From the NCBI GenBank assembly GCA_025463985.1, contig JAODBM010000192.1:2201-66200 (forward strand): a DNA stretch of 64,000 bases. The letters are read 5' to 3'. How positions within the stretch are numbered: position 1 is the stretch's first letter; every line of letters starts with the position of its first letter. Positions 8,334 through 17,830 of this stretch are shown piece by piece. The notes beneath the pieces are model-generated. The model saw only the letters and a list, made by a program, of their open reading frames with translations, did no database searches and was not told where the DNA came from. Origin of the DNA: Acidimicrobiales bacterium. Lineage in GTDB: Bacteria > Actinomycetota > Acidimicrobiia > Acidimicrobiales > Iamiaceae. Both the position numbers and the translations under genes were made by a program.

Positions 8334-9779
8334 TCAGCGGGCGTCGGCGGCCAACGCGCGGCGCAGGAGCTTGCCGCTCGCGTTGCGCGGCAGCGACGCG
8401 GCGAACGCCCACTCGGTCGGGACCTTGAAGCCCGACAGCCGGTGGCGCACGAACGCGGTGAGCTCGTCGGTCGAGACCGGTGCGTCGGGGTCGGCGAGCA
8501 CGACGATGGCCTTGATCGTCTCGCCCAGCCGGGCGTCGGGCACGCCGATCACGCCGGCCTCCACCACCGCCGGGTGGGCCTCGAGGGCGCGCTCGACCTC
8601 GAGCGGGTACACGTTCTCGCCGCCGCGGATGATCTTGTCGCCCTTGCGCCCGACGAGGAACAGGTAGCCGTCGTCGAGGCGGCCGAAGTCGCCGGTGCGC
8701 AGCTCGTGGTCGGCGTCGGCGCCGAACAGGTGGTCGCCGCGCACGACGACCTCCCCGACGCCCACGAGCGCGTCGTCGTCGTCGAGCGGCTCGATGCGCA
8801 GGTCCAGCCCCTCGACCGGACGGCCCGCGGCCGCCAGCAGCGCCGGACGCTCCAGCCCCACGAGGTGGTCCTCGTGCGACAGCTTGGTCAGCGGGCTGCC
8901 CTCGGTCTGGCCGTACACCTGCACGAAGCGCACGCCGGGGATCGCGTCCATCACCGCCCGCAGCAGCGTGGGGCTCATCGGCGAGCCGCCGTAGGCGATC
9001 ACCCGCACGCCCTCGGGCAGCTTGTCGGCCCGCAGCAGCATCTCGATCATCGTCGGGACCATGAGCACGTGGCTCGGGTCGGTCGCGGCGAAGCGCGCCC
9101 ACACGTCGATCGAGAACCATGGCACGGGCGCGATCGACGCCCCCGAAGCCAGCGCGGACCAACCCATGATCAGCCCGGACATGTGGTGGAACGGCGGGAC
9201 CGTGCAGAGGCGGTCGCCGGGTGCAAGCTCGTAGGCGCGGGCCGTGGCCCGCGCCTTGCGGAGCATGGCATCGTCGCTGATCGGCACGGGCTTGGGCACG
9301 CCGGTGGTGCCTGACGTGTGCAGGATCGCGATCGGGTCGCCGGGGCGGTAGGTGGGTGTCCCGGCCGGAGCCGGCTCGAAGCGGTCGGGAAGCGTGAGGA
9401 CGCGCACGTTGGGCGGTAGCTCGGCCGCCACCGCCGCGCTCGCGGGCTCGACGACCACGACCGACGGCGCGAGGAGCGAGATCGACTGCGCGAGCTCGGT
9501 CGGCGTCATCTTCGGGTTGACCGGCGCGAGCGGTCGACCGGTCAGGGCCCCGGCGATGGCCAACGCGAAGCTCCGCGCCGAGCCGTAGAGGAGGCCGGCC
9601 ACCGGCACGCTGGGCGTCGCGCCGGCGGCATCGAGCCAGCGGGCGGCTCCCCACGCGGCGGACAGCAGCTCCGGACCCGACCAGCGCGCCTCGGCTTCGG
9701 CGATCGCGCACTCGGCGGTGCTGAGCGCGTCGACCAGCGCGACGCGAAAGCTCGTGGCGGGCGCCGCGTCAGCGGTCAT
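8334..9779 (-). CDS. AMP-dependent acyl-CoA synthetase/ligase
   Basis: 481-aa ORF with the AMP-binding motif LHTSGTTGVPKP, DGYLFLVGRKGDKIIRGGENVYP and C-terminal lysine GKLLRR. Confidence 0.9.
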   Translation of the reverse strand: MTADAAPATSFRVALVDALSTAECAIAEAEARWSGPELLSAAWGAARWLDAAGATPSVPVAGLLYGSARSFALAIAGALTGRPLAPVNPKMTPTELAQSISLLAPSVVVVEPASAAVAAELPPNVRVLTLPDRFEPAPAGTPTYRPGDPIAILHTSGTTGVPKPVPISDDAMLRKARATARAYELAPGDRLCTVPPFHHMSGLIMGWSALASGASIAPVPWFSIDVWARFAATDPSHVLMVPTMIEMLLRADKLPEGVRVIAYGGSPMSPTLLRAVMDAIPGVRFVQVYGQTEGSPLTKLSHEDHLVGLERPALLAAAGRPVEGLDLRIEPLDDDDALVGVGEVVVRGDHLFGADADHELRTGDFGRLDDGYLFLVGRKGDKIIRGGENVYPLEVERALEAHPAVVEAGVIGVPDARLGETIKAIVVLADPDAPVSTDELTAFVRHRLSGFKVPTEWAFAASLPRNASGKLLRRALAADAR

Positions 9780-10494
9780 CGGCTCGATCCTCGGGGGTGT
9801 AGCTGTAGTGCTCGCCGCCGACGGAGATGAAGATCGCCTCCGCCTCGGCGCACAACGTGGTGCCGACGCGTGCCTCGCCGGCCACGTTGATCTTCCGGCC
9901 GTCGACCGAGACGAGGGCGCTGGTCAGCGCGACCTCCTGGTCGACCGGCACGCCGGCGCGGAAGCGGATCGTCAGCGTGCCGGTGACCACCATGAGGCCG
10001 GTCAGCGCGGCTTGGCGGCCGAGCACGTAGTCGAACGCCGAGGCGAGGAACCCGCCCTGGATCACGCCGGGCGCGCCCTCGTACGCGTTGCTGAACGTGC
10101 ACGTGGCGCGGATGGAGTCGGCGCCCTCGTCGATGACCAGGGGAGCGGCCAGCCCGCTCGACGCGCCGACGATCGGATGGCCCTCCCAGACGTCGGGCTG
10201 GTCGCCGCTGATCGTGCGCATGCCGCCGCTGCGGTGGTGGCGACTGGCGACGGCGAACGGCGCGAGTCGATCGGCGGCCGCCTCGATGTCTGCGACCGCA
10301 CCGTCGAGCTCGGCCACCGGCGGATCGGCGAACGCCACGATCGGGATGAGCGTGCGGATCGCCGCCGCGGCGCGCCGGCGGGCGGCGACCATGCGTGCTG
10401 CAACGTCCCCCGCATCGGCCACTCGGGCGACGGTACCAGGGCCCGCGCGGCCCCGATCGCTGGCCACTTCCAGCGGCTCCGGCGGATCAGTCAT
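9769..10494 (-). CDS. Hotdog-fold (PaaI-type) thioesterase with an Ala-rich N-terminal extension
   Basis: 241-aa ORF whose C-terminal half carries GAPGVIQGGFLASAFDYVLG. It overlaps the downstream ligase gene by 11 nt. Confidence 0.65.
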   Translation of the reverse strand: MTDPPEPLEVASDRGRAGPGTVARVADAGDVAARMVAARRRAAAAIRTLIPIVAFADPPVAELDGAVADIEAAADRLAPFAVASRHHRSGGMRTISGDQPDVWEGHPIVGASSGLAAPLVIDEGADSIRATCTFSNAYEGAPGVIQGGFLASAFDYVLGRQAALTGLMVVTGTLTIRFRAGVPVDQEVALTSALVSVDGRKINVAGEARVGTTLCAEAEAIFISVGGEHYSYTPEDRADDR

Positions 10495-10523
10495 CTCATT
10501 ATGCTATTCCGCGGGCTGATCGT

Positions 10524-10552
10524 TTGACAGTCGTCTAATTCGCTTATACATT
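10524..10552 (+). promoter_or_regulatory. Putative promoter: -35 TTGACA, 17-nt spacer containing GTCTAAT, -10 TACATT
   Basis: TTGACA is at 10524-10529 and TACATT at 10547-10552. It sits in the divergent gap between the thioesterase (-) and the fused ACAD (+). Confidence 0.55.
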
Positions 10553-10600
10553 CAGCCTTCCGGATCGCAGACCTGCGGCCTGGACGGGGGAGGGACGCGC

Positions 10601-12784
10601 ATGGGGATTCCTGTCTCGGACGATCACGCCGCGCTGGCGCAGGTCGCACGGACGTTCCTGACGAAGCAGGAGAGCCTGACCGCGGCGCGCCACGCCTTGG
10701 ACGGCGAGGACGCCAGGCCCGGGTTCTGGAAGGACATGGCCGCGCTCGGGTGGTTGGGTCTCCACGTCCCCGAGAGCCACGGCGGGTCCGGCTACGGGCT
10801 CCTCGAGCTGAGCATCGTCGTGGAGGAGCTGGGCCGGCAGTGCACGCCGGGGCCGTTCCTCACGACCGCGGTCGTCTCTGGCGCGATCGCGGCCGTCGGC
10901 GGCGACGCGCTGCGGGCCGAGCTGCTGCCCGGTCTGGCCAACGGCGAGCTCGTCGCCGGACTCGGCGTCGGCGGCACCCTGAAGCTCGACGACACCGGCG
11001 TGCTCGACGGTGCGGTCGGCGCGGTGATGGCCGCGGCCGGCGCGGACCTGCTGGCGCTCGTCGTCGGCGACGACCTCGTCCTCGTCGACCCGACCGCGGC
11101 CGGCGTCACGATCTCGGACCGGCAGAACCTCGACCCCACGCAGCCGTGCGCCGCGGTCCGTCTCGAGCAGGTCACCGTCCCTGCGCAGCGCATCGTCCGC
11201 GGCGGCGCTCGACCTGCCCGCCTGCTGCTCGACGTGCTCGCGGCCGCCGAAGCCGCGGGGGGTGCGGCGGCCTGCCAGGAGATGGGCACGGAGTACGCGA
11301 AGGAGCGCACGGCCTTCGGCCGGCCCATCGGACAGTTCCAGGCCATCAAGCACCACTGCGCCAACATGTTCGTGGACGAGCAGCTGTCGGTGGCGGCCGT
11401 CTGGGACGCAGCACGCGCCGCCGACCTCGCCGACGTGTCGCCGCTCTCGGCTCGGGCCGCGGCGGCCATCGCTCTCCCGGCGTTCCTGCGGGCTGCGAAG
11501 ACCAACGTGCAGGTGCACGGCGGCATCGGCTTCACCTGGGAGCACGACGCCCACCTCCACCTGCGCCGCGCGGCCGCGCTCAACGCGTTCGTCGGGCCGG
11601 TCGACGCCATCAGCGCCGACGTGGCGCGGCTCGCCGACGAGCAGCCCGGCCGGCGGTCGACGCTCGACCTGCCGCCCGAGGCCGATCAGTACGTGGCCGA
11701 GGCCGAGGAGTTCGTGGCCCGCTACGGCGAGCTGCCCGAGGCCGAGCGCCATCGGTTCGTCGTGGAGAGCGGCTACCTCTACCCGTCGTGGCCGAAGCCG
11801 TATGGCCGAGGAGCCGGGCCGCTGGAGCAGCTCGTGCTCGACGAGGCCCTGGGCGACCTTCCGCTCCACGAACCACTGGGCGACCCGGCCTGGACGCTCC
11901 CCATCATCCTCCCGACGATCATGGTGCACGGCACCGACGACCAGAAGCAGCGCTGGATCCGTCCGACGATGGACGCCGACATGAAGTGGTGCCAGCTCTT
12001 CAGCGAGCCCGGCGCCGGCAGCGACCTGGCCAACCTGTCGACCAGGGCCGAGCGCGGCGACGGCGGCTGGATCGTCACCGGCCAGAAGGTCTGGACCAGC
12101 AGCGGCCACCAGGCGGCGCGCGGCTTCGCCTTGGTGCGGACCGACCCGGACGCCGCCAAGCACCGCGGCATCACCGCCATGGTCGTCGACATGAAGGCCA
12201 AGGGCGTGACCGTGGTGCCGCTCAAGCAGATCACCGGCGAGCAGCACTTCAACGAGGTGTTCCTCGACGAGGTGTGGGTGCCCGACGAGGACGTCGTGGG
12301 TGACGTCAACGACGGCTGGACCGTCGCCCTCACGACGCTCAGCCACGAGCGCGTGTCGCTCGGCGAGGCGGAGGCCACCCAGGGCGAACCTTGGGCCACC
12401 ATCCGGCCGCTGGCGACGAGCGAGTCGGCCACGATCGAGGTCGGCGACATCGTGGCCACCGGCATCGCCGCCCGGGCCGTCAACCTGCGCATCGCCGCCC
12501 GAGCCGTCGTCGGCGCCCCTGCCGGCGTCGAGGGCAACGTCACCAAGCTCATCGGCACGGGGCACACGCAGCGCATCGCCGAGTTCGGCGTGCGCCTCCT
12601 GCAAGACCAGGCCGTCTACACCGATGGTCCGGGCGAGCCCGTGACCTACCAGTTCTTGTTGTCCCGGGCCTCGACCATCGCTGGTGGGACGTCGGAGATC
12701 CTCCGCAACGTCATCGCCGAGCGCGTGCTCGGTCTGCCCCGGGACCCCAAGCCGCTCGAGACCGCACCGAAAGGCCGTTCATGA
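10601..12784 (+). CDS. Fused double acyl-CoA dehydrogenase: N-terminal beta-like ACAD half plus C-terminal alpha-like ACAD half
   Basis: 727-aa ORF. The first half has ERTAFGRPIGQFQAIKHHCANM and GGIGFTWEHDAHLHLRR but no SEPxxGSD. The second half has LFSEPGAGSDLANL, GQKVWTSSG and TIAGGTSEILRNVIAERVLGLPRD. Confidence 0.9.
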   Translation: MGIPVSDDHAALAQVARTFLTKQESLTAARHALDGEDARPGFWKDMAALGWLGLHVPESHGGSGYGLLELSIVVEELGRQCTPGPFLTTAVVSGAIAAVGGDALRAELLPGLANGELVAGLGVGGTLKLDDTGVLDGAVGAVMAAAGADLLALVVGDDLVLVDPTAAGVTISDRQNLDPTQPCAAVRLEQVTVPAQRIVRGGARPARLLLDVLAAAEAAGGAAACQEMGTEYAKERTAFGRPIGQFQAIKHHCANMFVDEQLSVAAVWDAARAADLADVSPLSARAAAAIALPAFLRAAKTNVQVHGGIGFTWEHDAHLHLRRAAALNAFVGPVDAISADVARLADEQPGRRSTLDLPPEADQYVAEAEEFVARYGELPEAERHRFVVESGYLYPSWPKPYGRGAGPLEQLVLDEALGDLPLHEPLGDPAWTLPIILPTIMVHGTDDQKQRWIRPTMDADMKWCQLFSEPGAGSDLANLSTRAERGDGGWIVTGQKVWTSSGHQAARGFALVRTDPDAAKHRGITAMVVDMKAKGVTVVPLKQITGEQHFNEVFLDEVWVPDEDVVGDVNDGWTVALTTLSHERVSLGEAEATQGEPWATIRPLATSESATIEVGDIVATGIAARAVNLRIAARAVVGAPAGVEGNVTKLIGTGHTQRIAEFGVRLLQDQAVYTDGPGEPVTYQFLLSRASTIAGGTSEILRNVIAERVLGLPRDPKPLETAPKGRS

Positions 12785-13689
12785 CCGACTACTCGTTCGT
12801 CGCCTACGAGACCCTTGACGAGGGCAAGATCGCCCGGATCACGCTGAACCGACCGGAGGCCCGGAACGCGCAGCACCGCGGCCTGCTCGTCGAGCTCAAC
12901 GACGCCTTCTTGCGGGCGGAGGCCGACGACGCAGTGCGCGTCGTGATCCTCGCCGGCGCCGGCCCGATCTTCTCCGCCGGCCACGACATGGGCTCGGCCG
13001 AGATGTGGGAGCAGATGAACCCCGGGCCGAACCAGCACGAGACCTGGAAGATCAACGGCGGGACGCGCAAGGGCGTCGAGCAGCGGATGCTCCAGGAGTG
13101 GCACTACTTCTTCGAGAACACGAAGCGCTGGCGGAACCTGCGCAAGATCACCATCGCCCAGGTGCAGGGCACGGTCTACGCCGCCGGCTTGATGCTCATG
13201 TGGGCCTGTGACCTGATCGTCGGCGCCGAGAACGCCAGGTTCGCCGACGTGGTCGGCGCCCGCCTCGGCATGTGCGGCGTGGAGTACTTCGGCCACCCGT
13301 GGGAGTTCGGCCCCCGCAAGGCCAAGGAGCTCATGCTCACCGGCGACGCGGTCGACGTCGACGAGGCCCACCGCCTCGGCATGGTGAGCAAGGTCTTCCC
13401 GACCGACGAGCTGGCCGAGCGGACGCTCGAGTTCGCACAGCGGATCGCGGCCTTGCCGACGATGACCGCGCTGCTCATCAAGGAGTCGGTCAACCAGACC
13501 GTCGACAACATGGGCTTCAACAACGCGCTGAGCGCGTGCTTCTCGCTCCACCAGGTGAACCACGCCCACTGGGCCGAGATCCATGAGGACGGCATGCCGA
13601 TCGCCACCGAGGAGGACGGCATCGTCAACTGGCGAGAGGCGCCGCCGGTCGTGGTCGCCGAGAAGACCACGGTGCGGGCCGGGACTTGA
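12781..13689 (+). CDS. Enoyl-CoA hydratase/isomerase family protein
   Basis: ATG 12781 overlaps the upstream stop (ATGA) inside ORF 12391..13689. Motifs are ITLNRPEARNA and LAGAGPIFSAGHDM. Confidence 0.85.
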   Translation: MTDYSFVAYETLDEGKIARITLNRPEARNAQHRGLLVELNDAFLRAEADDAVRVVILAGAGPIFSAGHDMGSAEMWEQMNPGPNQHETWKINGGTRKGVEQRMLQEWHYFFENTKRWRNLRKITIAQVQGTVYAAGLMLMWACDLIVGAENARFADVVGARLGMCGVEYFGHPWEFGPRKAKELMLTGDAVDVDEAHRLGMVSKVFPTDELAERTLEFAQRIAALPTMTALLIKESVNQTVDNMGFNNALSACFSLHQVNHAHWAEIHEDGMPIATEEDGIVNWREAPPVVVAEKTTVRAGT

Positions 13690-13727
13690 CGACCGACGGG
13701 GCGGCGGTCGTGAGGAGCCAAGCGCTG

Positions 13728-14051
13728 ATGACCAAGGTCGCGATCGTGTGCGAGCTCGTCGCCAAGCCGGGCCGCAAGCCCGAGCTGCTCGACGCGCTCG
13801 ACCGCATCGCGCGGGTGTGCGACGACGAGCCGGGCACCGAGGCCTACGTCGTCATGGACTCGGCCACCGACGACGACGCCGTCGTGCTCTTCGAGCTGTT
13901 CACCGACGAGGCGGCGTACCAGGAGCACCGCGCCCACCCGGTGCACGAGGAGGTCGTCAGCGGGCTCGACGACCTCCTCGGGGACGGCAGCCGGCTCTCG
14001 CAGCTCCGTCCCGTCAGCCACAAGCTCATCGACCACGACAGGGGAACGTGA
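13728..14051 (+). CDS. Antibiotic-biosynthesis-monooxygenase (ABM) domain protein / putative quinol monooxygenase
   Basis: ATG 13728 follows GAGGAG; TTG 13686 is an alternative start. The roughly 100-aa ferredoxin-like pattern is VAIVCELVAKPG...FELFTDEAAYQEHRAHP. Confidence 0.65.
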   Translation: MTKVAIVCELVAKPGRKPELLDALDRIARVCDDEPGTEAYVVMDSATDDDAVVLFELFTDEAAYQEHRAHPVHEEVVSGLDDLLGDGSRLSQLRPVSHKLIDHDRGT

Positions 14052-14905
14052 TGGCAGGAACCGGAACACGCCTCGACGGCAAGGTGGCCTTGGTCACCGG
14101 CGCGGCCTCTGGGGTCGGGCGGGCGACGGCGAAGATCTTCGCGGCCGAGGGCGCGAAGGTCGTCGGCACCGACATCGACGACGTCAACGGCGCCGCGTTG
14201 GTCGACGAGATCAAGGCTGACGGCGGCGAGGCGATCTACGTCCACGCGAACGTCCGGAACTACGACGACCTCGTGGCCGCGGTGGCAGCGGCCGAGGAGA
14301 CGTTCGGCCGGCTCGACATCTGCATCGCCAACGCCGGCACCGTCGGCGGCAACGCCGTGGGCCGCCCGATGGAGGACCTCAGCGAAGAGCAGTGGGTCAC
14401 CATCGTCGACATCAACCTGCACGGCGTGTACCGCACGTTCCGGGCCGCGATCCCGGCCCTGCGGCGAGCCGGTGGCGGCGCCTTCTCGTCCACCGCCTCC
14501 ATCGCCGGGCTCACCGGCGTCGCCGGCCAGTCCGCCTACAGCGCCTCGAAGGGCGGGATCATCGCGCTGGTGCGCTCGCTCGCCTACCAGCTTGCGGGTG
14601 ACCACATCCGGGTCAACTGCGTGTGCCCCGGCGGCATCAACACGAACCTGCTCGCCGAGACCGACCTGATGGCCATCCTCATGGCGCAGGCCGCCGACGG
14701 GCCCCCGATGGGTGCGCCGGTCGAGGCGGCGCCGGGCGCCGACCCGGTCGCCCTGATGAACCAGGCGGCGGACCCCGAAGACATCGCCAACGCCCACCTC
14801 TACCTCGTCTCGGACGAGGCGCGGATGGTCAACGGCCAGTCGCTCGTGGTGGACGCCGGGAGCATGGTCGCCAACATGTGGCTCGTCGTGCCACGGGATC
14901 AATAA
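14051..14905 (+). CDS. Short-chain dehydrogenase/reductase (SDR)
   Basis: ATG 14051 shares one nucleotide (A at 14051) with the upstream TGA stop (14049-14051). Motifs are VTGAASGVGRA (TGxxxGxG) and YSASKGG (YxxxK). Confidence 0.9.
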   Translation: MAGTGTRLDGKVALVTGAASGVGRATAKIFAAEGAKVVGTDIDDVNGAALVDEIKADGGEAIYVHANVRNYDDLVAAVAAAEETFGRLDICIANAGTVGGNAVGRPMEDLSEEQWVTIVDINLHGVYRTFRAAIPALRRAGGGAFSSTASIAGLTGVAGQSAYSASKGGIIALVRSLAYQLAGDHIRVNCVCPGGINTNLLAETDLMAILMAQAADGPPMGAPVEAAPGADPVALMNQAADPEDIANAHLYLVSDEARMVNGQSLVVDAGSMVANMWLVVPRDQ

Positions 14906-14915
14906 GGAGACAGCT

Positions 14916-16103
14916 GTGAGCACCACCGAGAGCCCGAAGATCGACTTCCTGTCCGGTGACACGTTCCGGAACGGCCACCCGTGGGACGTGTACGAGTGGC
15001 TGCGCGACAACGATCCGGTCCACTGGCACGAGGAGCCCGAGGGCCCCGGCTTCTGGGCGGTCACGCGCTGGAAGGACATCCGCTGGGTCAACAACCACGA
15101 GCAGCAGTACTCCCACGCGCCCACGTCGATCCTCGAGGGCGAGGGCATCGTGCAGGAGTTCGCCTCGATGGTGAACCTCGACCCGCCGTCGCACACCACC
15201 GTGCGCAAGCTGGCGATCCCCGACTTCCTGCCCGGCGCCGTGCGGGACCGGTTCCCGGCGTTCAAGCAGGCGGCCAAGGACATCATCGAAGAGGTGCGGC
15301 CCAAGGGTGAGTGCGACCTCGCCGTCGAGGTGGCCGGGCGCATGGCCTCCTACGTGACCGGCGACCTGCTGGGCATCCCGCGCCCGGACGCGGTGAAGCT
15401 CTACGACGACGTCGAGATCGGGCTCGGGGGCGGCAACCACACGCTCCAGGAGCGCGAGGAGGCCACCAACCGCCTCATGGACTACAGCGCGGGCGTCTAC
15501 GAAGACCGCAAGCGCAACCCCACCGACGACGTCTCGTCCAAGATCGCCAACGGGCAGAACGGCCTCCCCGGCCTCGACCTCCCGGCGTTCTGCTCGAACC
15601 TCGCCTTGCTCATCGTCGGCGCCGGCGACACCACCCGGCACCTCATCGGCGGCGGGATGCTGGCCCTGTTCCAGTTCCCCGACCAGCGCAAGCTGCTGGA
15701 GGAGAACCTCGACAAGGCCATGCCGACCGCGGTCGAGGAGATGCTCCGCTGGGTCACGCCGGTGATCTACAACCGCCGCCAGGTCATCCAGGACCACACG
15801 CTCGGCGACCGGGAGATCAAGGAAGGCGACAAGGTGGTCGTCTACTACGGCGCCGGCAACCGCGACCCCCGCGAGTTCGGCAACGCCGACACGTTCGACG
15901 TCCGCCGCTCGCCGAACACGCACGTCGCGTTCAGCGGCCAGGGCGCTCACTTCTGCCTCGGCGCCCACGTCGCCCGGGCCGAGGCCTCGGCCATGTTCCA
16001 GGTCCTGCTCACCGAGCTGCCCGGCATCCACCAGACCGGCGAGGTCTCCTGGGCCGAGTCCAACCAGGTGATGGGCCCCGCGCACTTCCCGGTGGCCTTC
16101 TGA
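14916..16103 (+). CDS. Cytochrome P450 (CYP124/125/142-like clan)
   Basis: GTG start after AAGGAG. Motifs are I-helix VGAGDTTRH, K-helix EEMLRW and heme loop FSGQGAHFCLGAHVARAE. Confidence 0.92.
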   Translation: MSTTESPKIDFLSGDTFRNGHPWDVYEWLRDNDPVHWHEEPEGPGFWAVTRWKDIRWVNNHEQQYSHAPTSILEGEGIVQEFASMVNLDPPSHTTVRKLAIPDFLPGAVRDRFPAFKQAAKDIIEEVRPKGECDLAVEVAGRMASYVTGDLLGIPRPDAVKLYDDVEIGLGGGNHTLQEREEATNRLMDYSAGVYEDRKRNPTDDVSSKIANGQNGLPGLDLPAFCSNLALLIVGAGDTTRHLIGGGMLALFQFPDQRKLLEENLDKAMPTAVEEMLRWVTPVIYNRRQVIQDHTLGDREIKEGDKVVVYYGAGNRDPREFGNADTFDVRRSPNTHVAFSGQGAHFCLGAHVARAEASAMFQVLLTELPGIHQTGEVSWAESNQVMGPAHFPVAF

Positions 16104-16870
16104 TGGCGATCCTCGACCTGTTCCGGCTCGACGGCGACGTGGCCGTCGTGACGGGGGCGGGCACGGGCATCGGCCGCGGCATCGCCCTCGGCTTGTCCGA
16201 GGCCGGTGCGGCGGTCGTGCTCGCGGCGCGCCGCGAGAAGATGGTGGAAGAGGTGGCCGCCGGCATCCGCGAGGCGGGTGGCAAGGCGCTCGCCGTGGCC
16301 ACCGACGTGACCGATGCCGCGCAGGTCGAGCACCTGATCGCGGCCGCGGTCGAGGAGTTCGGCAAGATCGACATCTGGGTCAACAACGCCGGCGGCATGC
16401 AGGGCGAGAAGAACGTGCTGTTCCGCCAGCACAGCCCTGAGTCGGTCGAGAAGATCCTCGGCCTCAACTTCATGGCCGTCTGGCAGTGCACGTCGCTGGC
16501 GCAGGCCGCGATGTCCGAGGGCGGGCGCATCATCAACGTCAGCTCGATCGCGGCGAACATGCCCGGCACGCCGTTCAACGGTCCCTACGGCGCGGCCAAG
16601 GCGGCGGTCAACCACATGACCAAGACCTTTGCGACCGAGCTCGTCCGCAAGAAGATCCGCGTCAACGCGATCGCCCCCGGCGGCACCGACACGGAGGACC
16701 TGCGGGAGACCGCCGGCCTCTACCAGGACATGGACGAGATCGCCAAGGAGGTCCCGCTGGGTCGGCTGGGGCGCGACGAGGACTTCGGCGCCGCGGCCGT
16801 GTACCTCGCGTCGCGGGCGTCGGACTGGGTGACCGGCACGGTGCTCACGGTGAGCGGCGGGCAGAACTAG
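16103..16870 (+). CDS. Short-chain dehydrogenase/reductase (SDR)
   Basis: ATG 16103 shares one nucleotide (A at 16103) with the P450 TGA stop (16101-16103). Motifs are VTGAGTGIGRG, NNAG and YGAAKAA. Confidence 0.9.
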   Translation: MAILDLFRLDGDVAVVTGAGTGIGRGIALGLSEAGAAVVLAARREKMVEEVAAGIREAGGKALAVATDVTDAAQVEHLIAAAVEEFGKIDIWVNNAGGMQGEKNVLFRQHSPESVEKILGLNFMAVWQCTSLAQAAMSEGGRIINVSSIAANMPGTPFNGPYGAAKAAVNHMTKTFATELVRKKIRVNAIAPGGTDTEDLRETAGLYQDMDEIAKEVPLGRLGRDEDFGAAAVYLASRASDWVTGTVLTVSGGQN

Positions 16871-17809
16871 ATGGCCGTCACGGCGGTCGGCGAGAGCGCC
16901 GCCGCCGAGGCCCACCCGTCGCACGCGCGTGCCACCGCCGGCCTCCTGACGGTGATGGTCATCTACGGGCTCGGCGCACCCGTGATGAAGCTGATCAGCG
17001 CGCCACCCCTCGTCGCGGCGTCGTCGCGGCTGTGGTTCGCCCTCCCGCTGCTGTGGCTATTGTGCCGCGTGACCGGGCGCCGCGTGACGCTCGCGATGCT
17101 GCGCCAGACCGCGCCTGCCGGCGTACTCTTCGGGATGAACCTGATCATGATCTTCGCGGCGCTCCAGCGCGTCTCGGTCGCGATCGTGTCGGTGATCCTC
17201 GCCCTGCAACCCGGCATCGTGCTGGTGATCGGCGCCCGCTGGCTCGGGGAGCGGGCGACGCGCTGGCAGATCCTCTGGACGGGCGTGGGCATCGTCGGCG
17301 TGGCCGTGGTGGTGGCCGGCGGCGATCCCCACCTGCGCGGCGACCAGTGGGGCCTGCTGTTCGCGGTCTCCGCGCTGCTGTCCTACACGGGCTACTACCT
17401 GCTGAACCGGCGACACCGGGCCGACCTGGGCATCGGCTCGCTGGAGTGGATGCTCGGCGTCACGCTGTTCGCGAGCATCTTCGTCCTGCCGCTCGCGCTC
17501 CTCACGCTGTCGGTCGCCGACTACCGCCAGCTCGGCGGAGCCGACTGGGTGTACCTCGGGCTCGTGGTCGTGATGCAGGGCATCGTCGGCCACACGCTGA
17601 TGAGCTGGGTGCACAAGTTCGTGCCCGCCGGACGCTCGTCGCTCTTCCTGCTGGGCATGAACGTCGTCGCGGTCGCGGCGGCGTGGCCGTTGCACGGCGA
17701 GCGCGTCACCCTGCTGCAGATGCTCGGCGGCGTCGTCGTGCTCGGGGCCGTCGGCGCGGTGATCGCGCGGCCGGCGAGCGTCACGGTCGAGGTCGACTAC
17801 GCCGGTTGA
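16871..17809 (+). CDS. EamA/DMT-family membrane transporter
   Basis: 312-aa ORF starting directly after the upstream TAG. It has about 10 hydrophobic segments in a two-fold EamA-like pattern. Confidence 0.75.
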   Translation: MAVTAVGESAAAEAHPSHARATAGLLTVMVIYGLGAPVMKLISAPPLVAASSRLWFALPLLWLLCRVTGRRVTLAMLRQTAPAGVLFGMNLIMIFAALQRVSVAIVSVILALQPGIVLVIGARWLGERATRWQILWTGVGIVGVAVVVAGGDPHLRGDQWGLLFAVSALLSYTGYYLLNRRHRADLGIGSLEWMLGVTLFASIFVLPLALLTLSVADYRQLGGADWVYLGLVVVMQGIVGHTLMSWVHKFVPAGRSSLFLLGMNVVAVAAAWPLHGERVTLLQMLGGVVVLGAVGAVIARPASVTVEVDYAG

Positions 17810-17830
17810 GCGCGCCCGGCGGGCGTCGGG

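Noticed and set aside
7206-9314. ORFs crossing the repeat array (7206..8291 -, 8051..8263 -, 8086..8667 +, 8109..9314 +, 8120..8428 +) encode repeated 21-aa peptides.
   Set aside because: The repeated peptides are a trivial consequence of the 63-bp period being divisible by 3. These ORFs exist in several frames on both strands at once and have Arg/Pro/Gly-rich composition. They run antisense or out of frame into clearly real genes (the crotonase and the ligase with TSGTTGVPKP).
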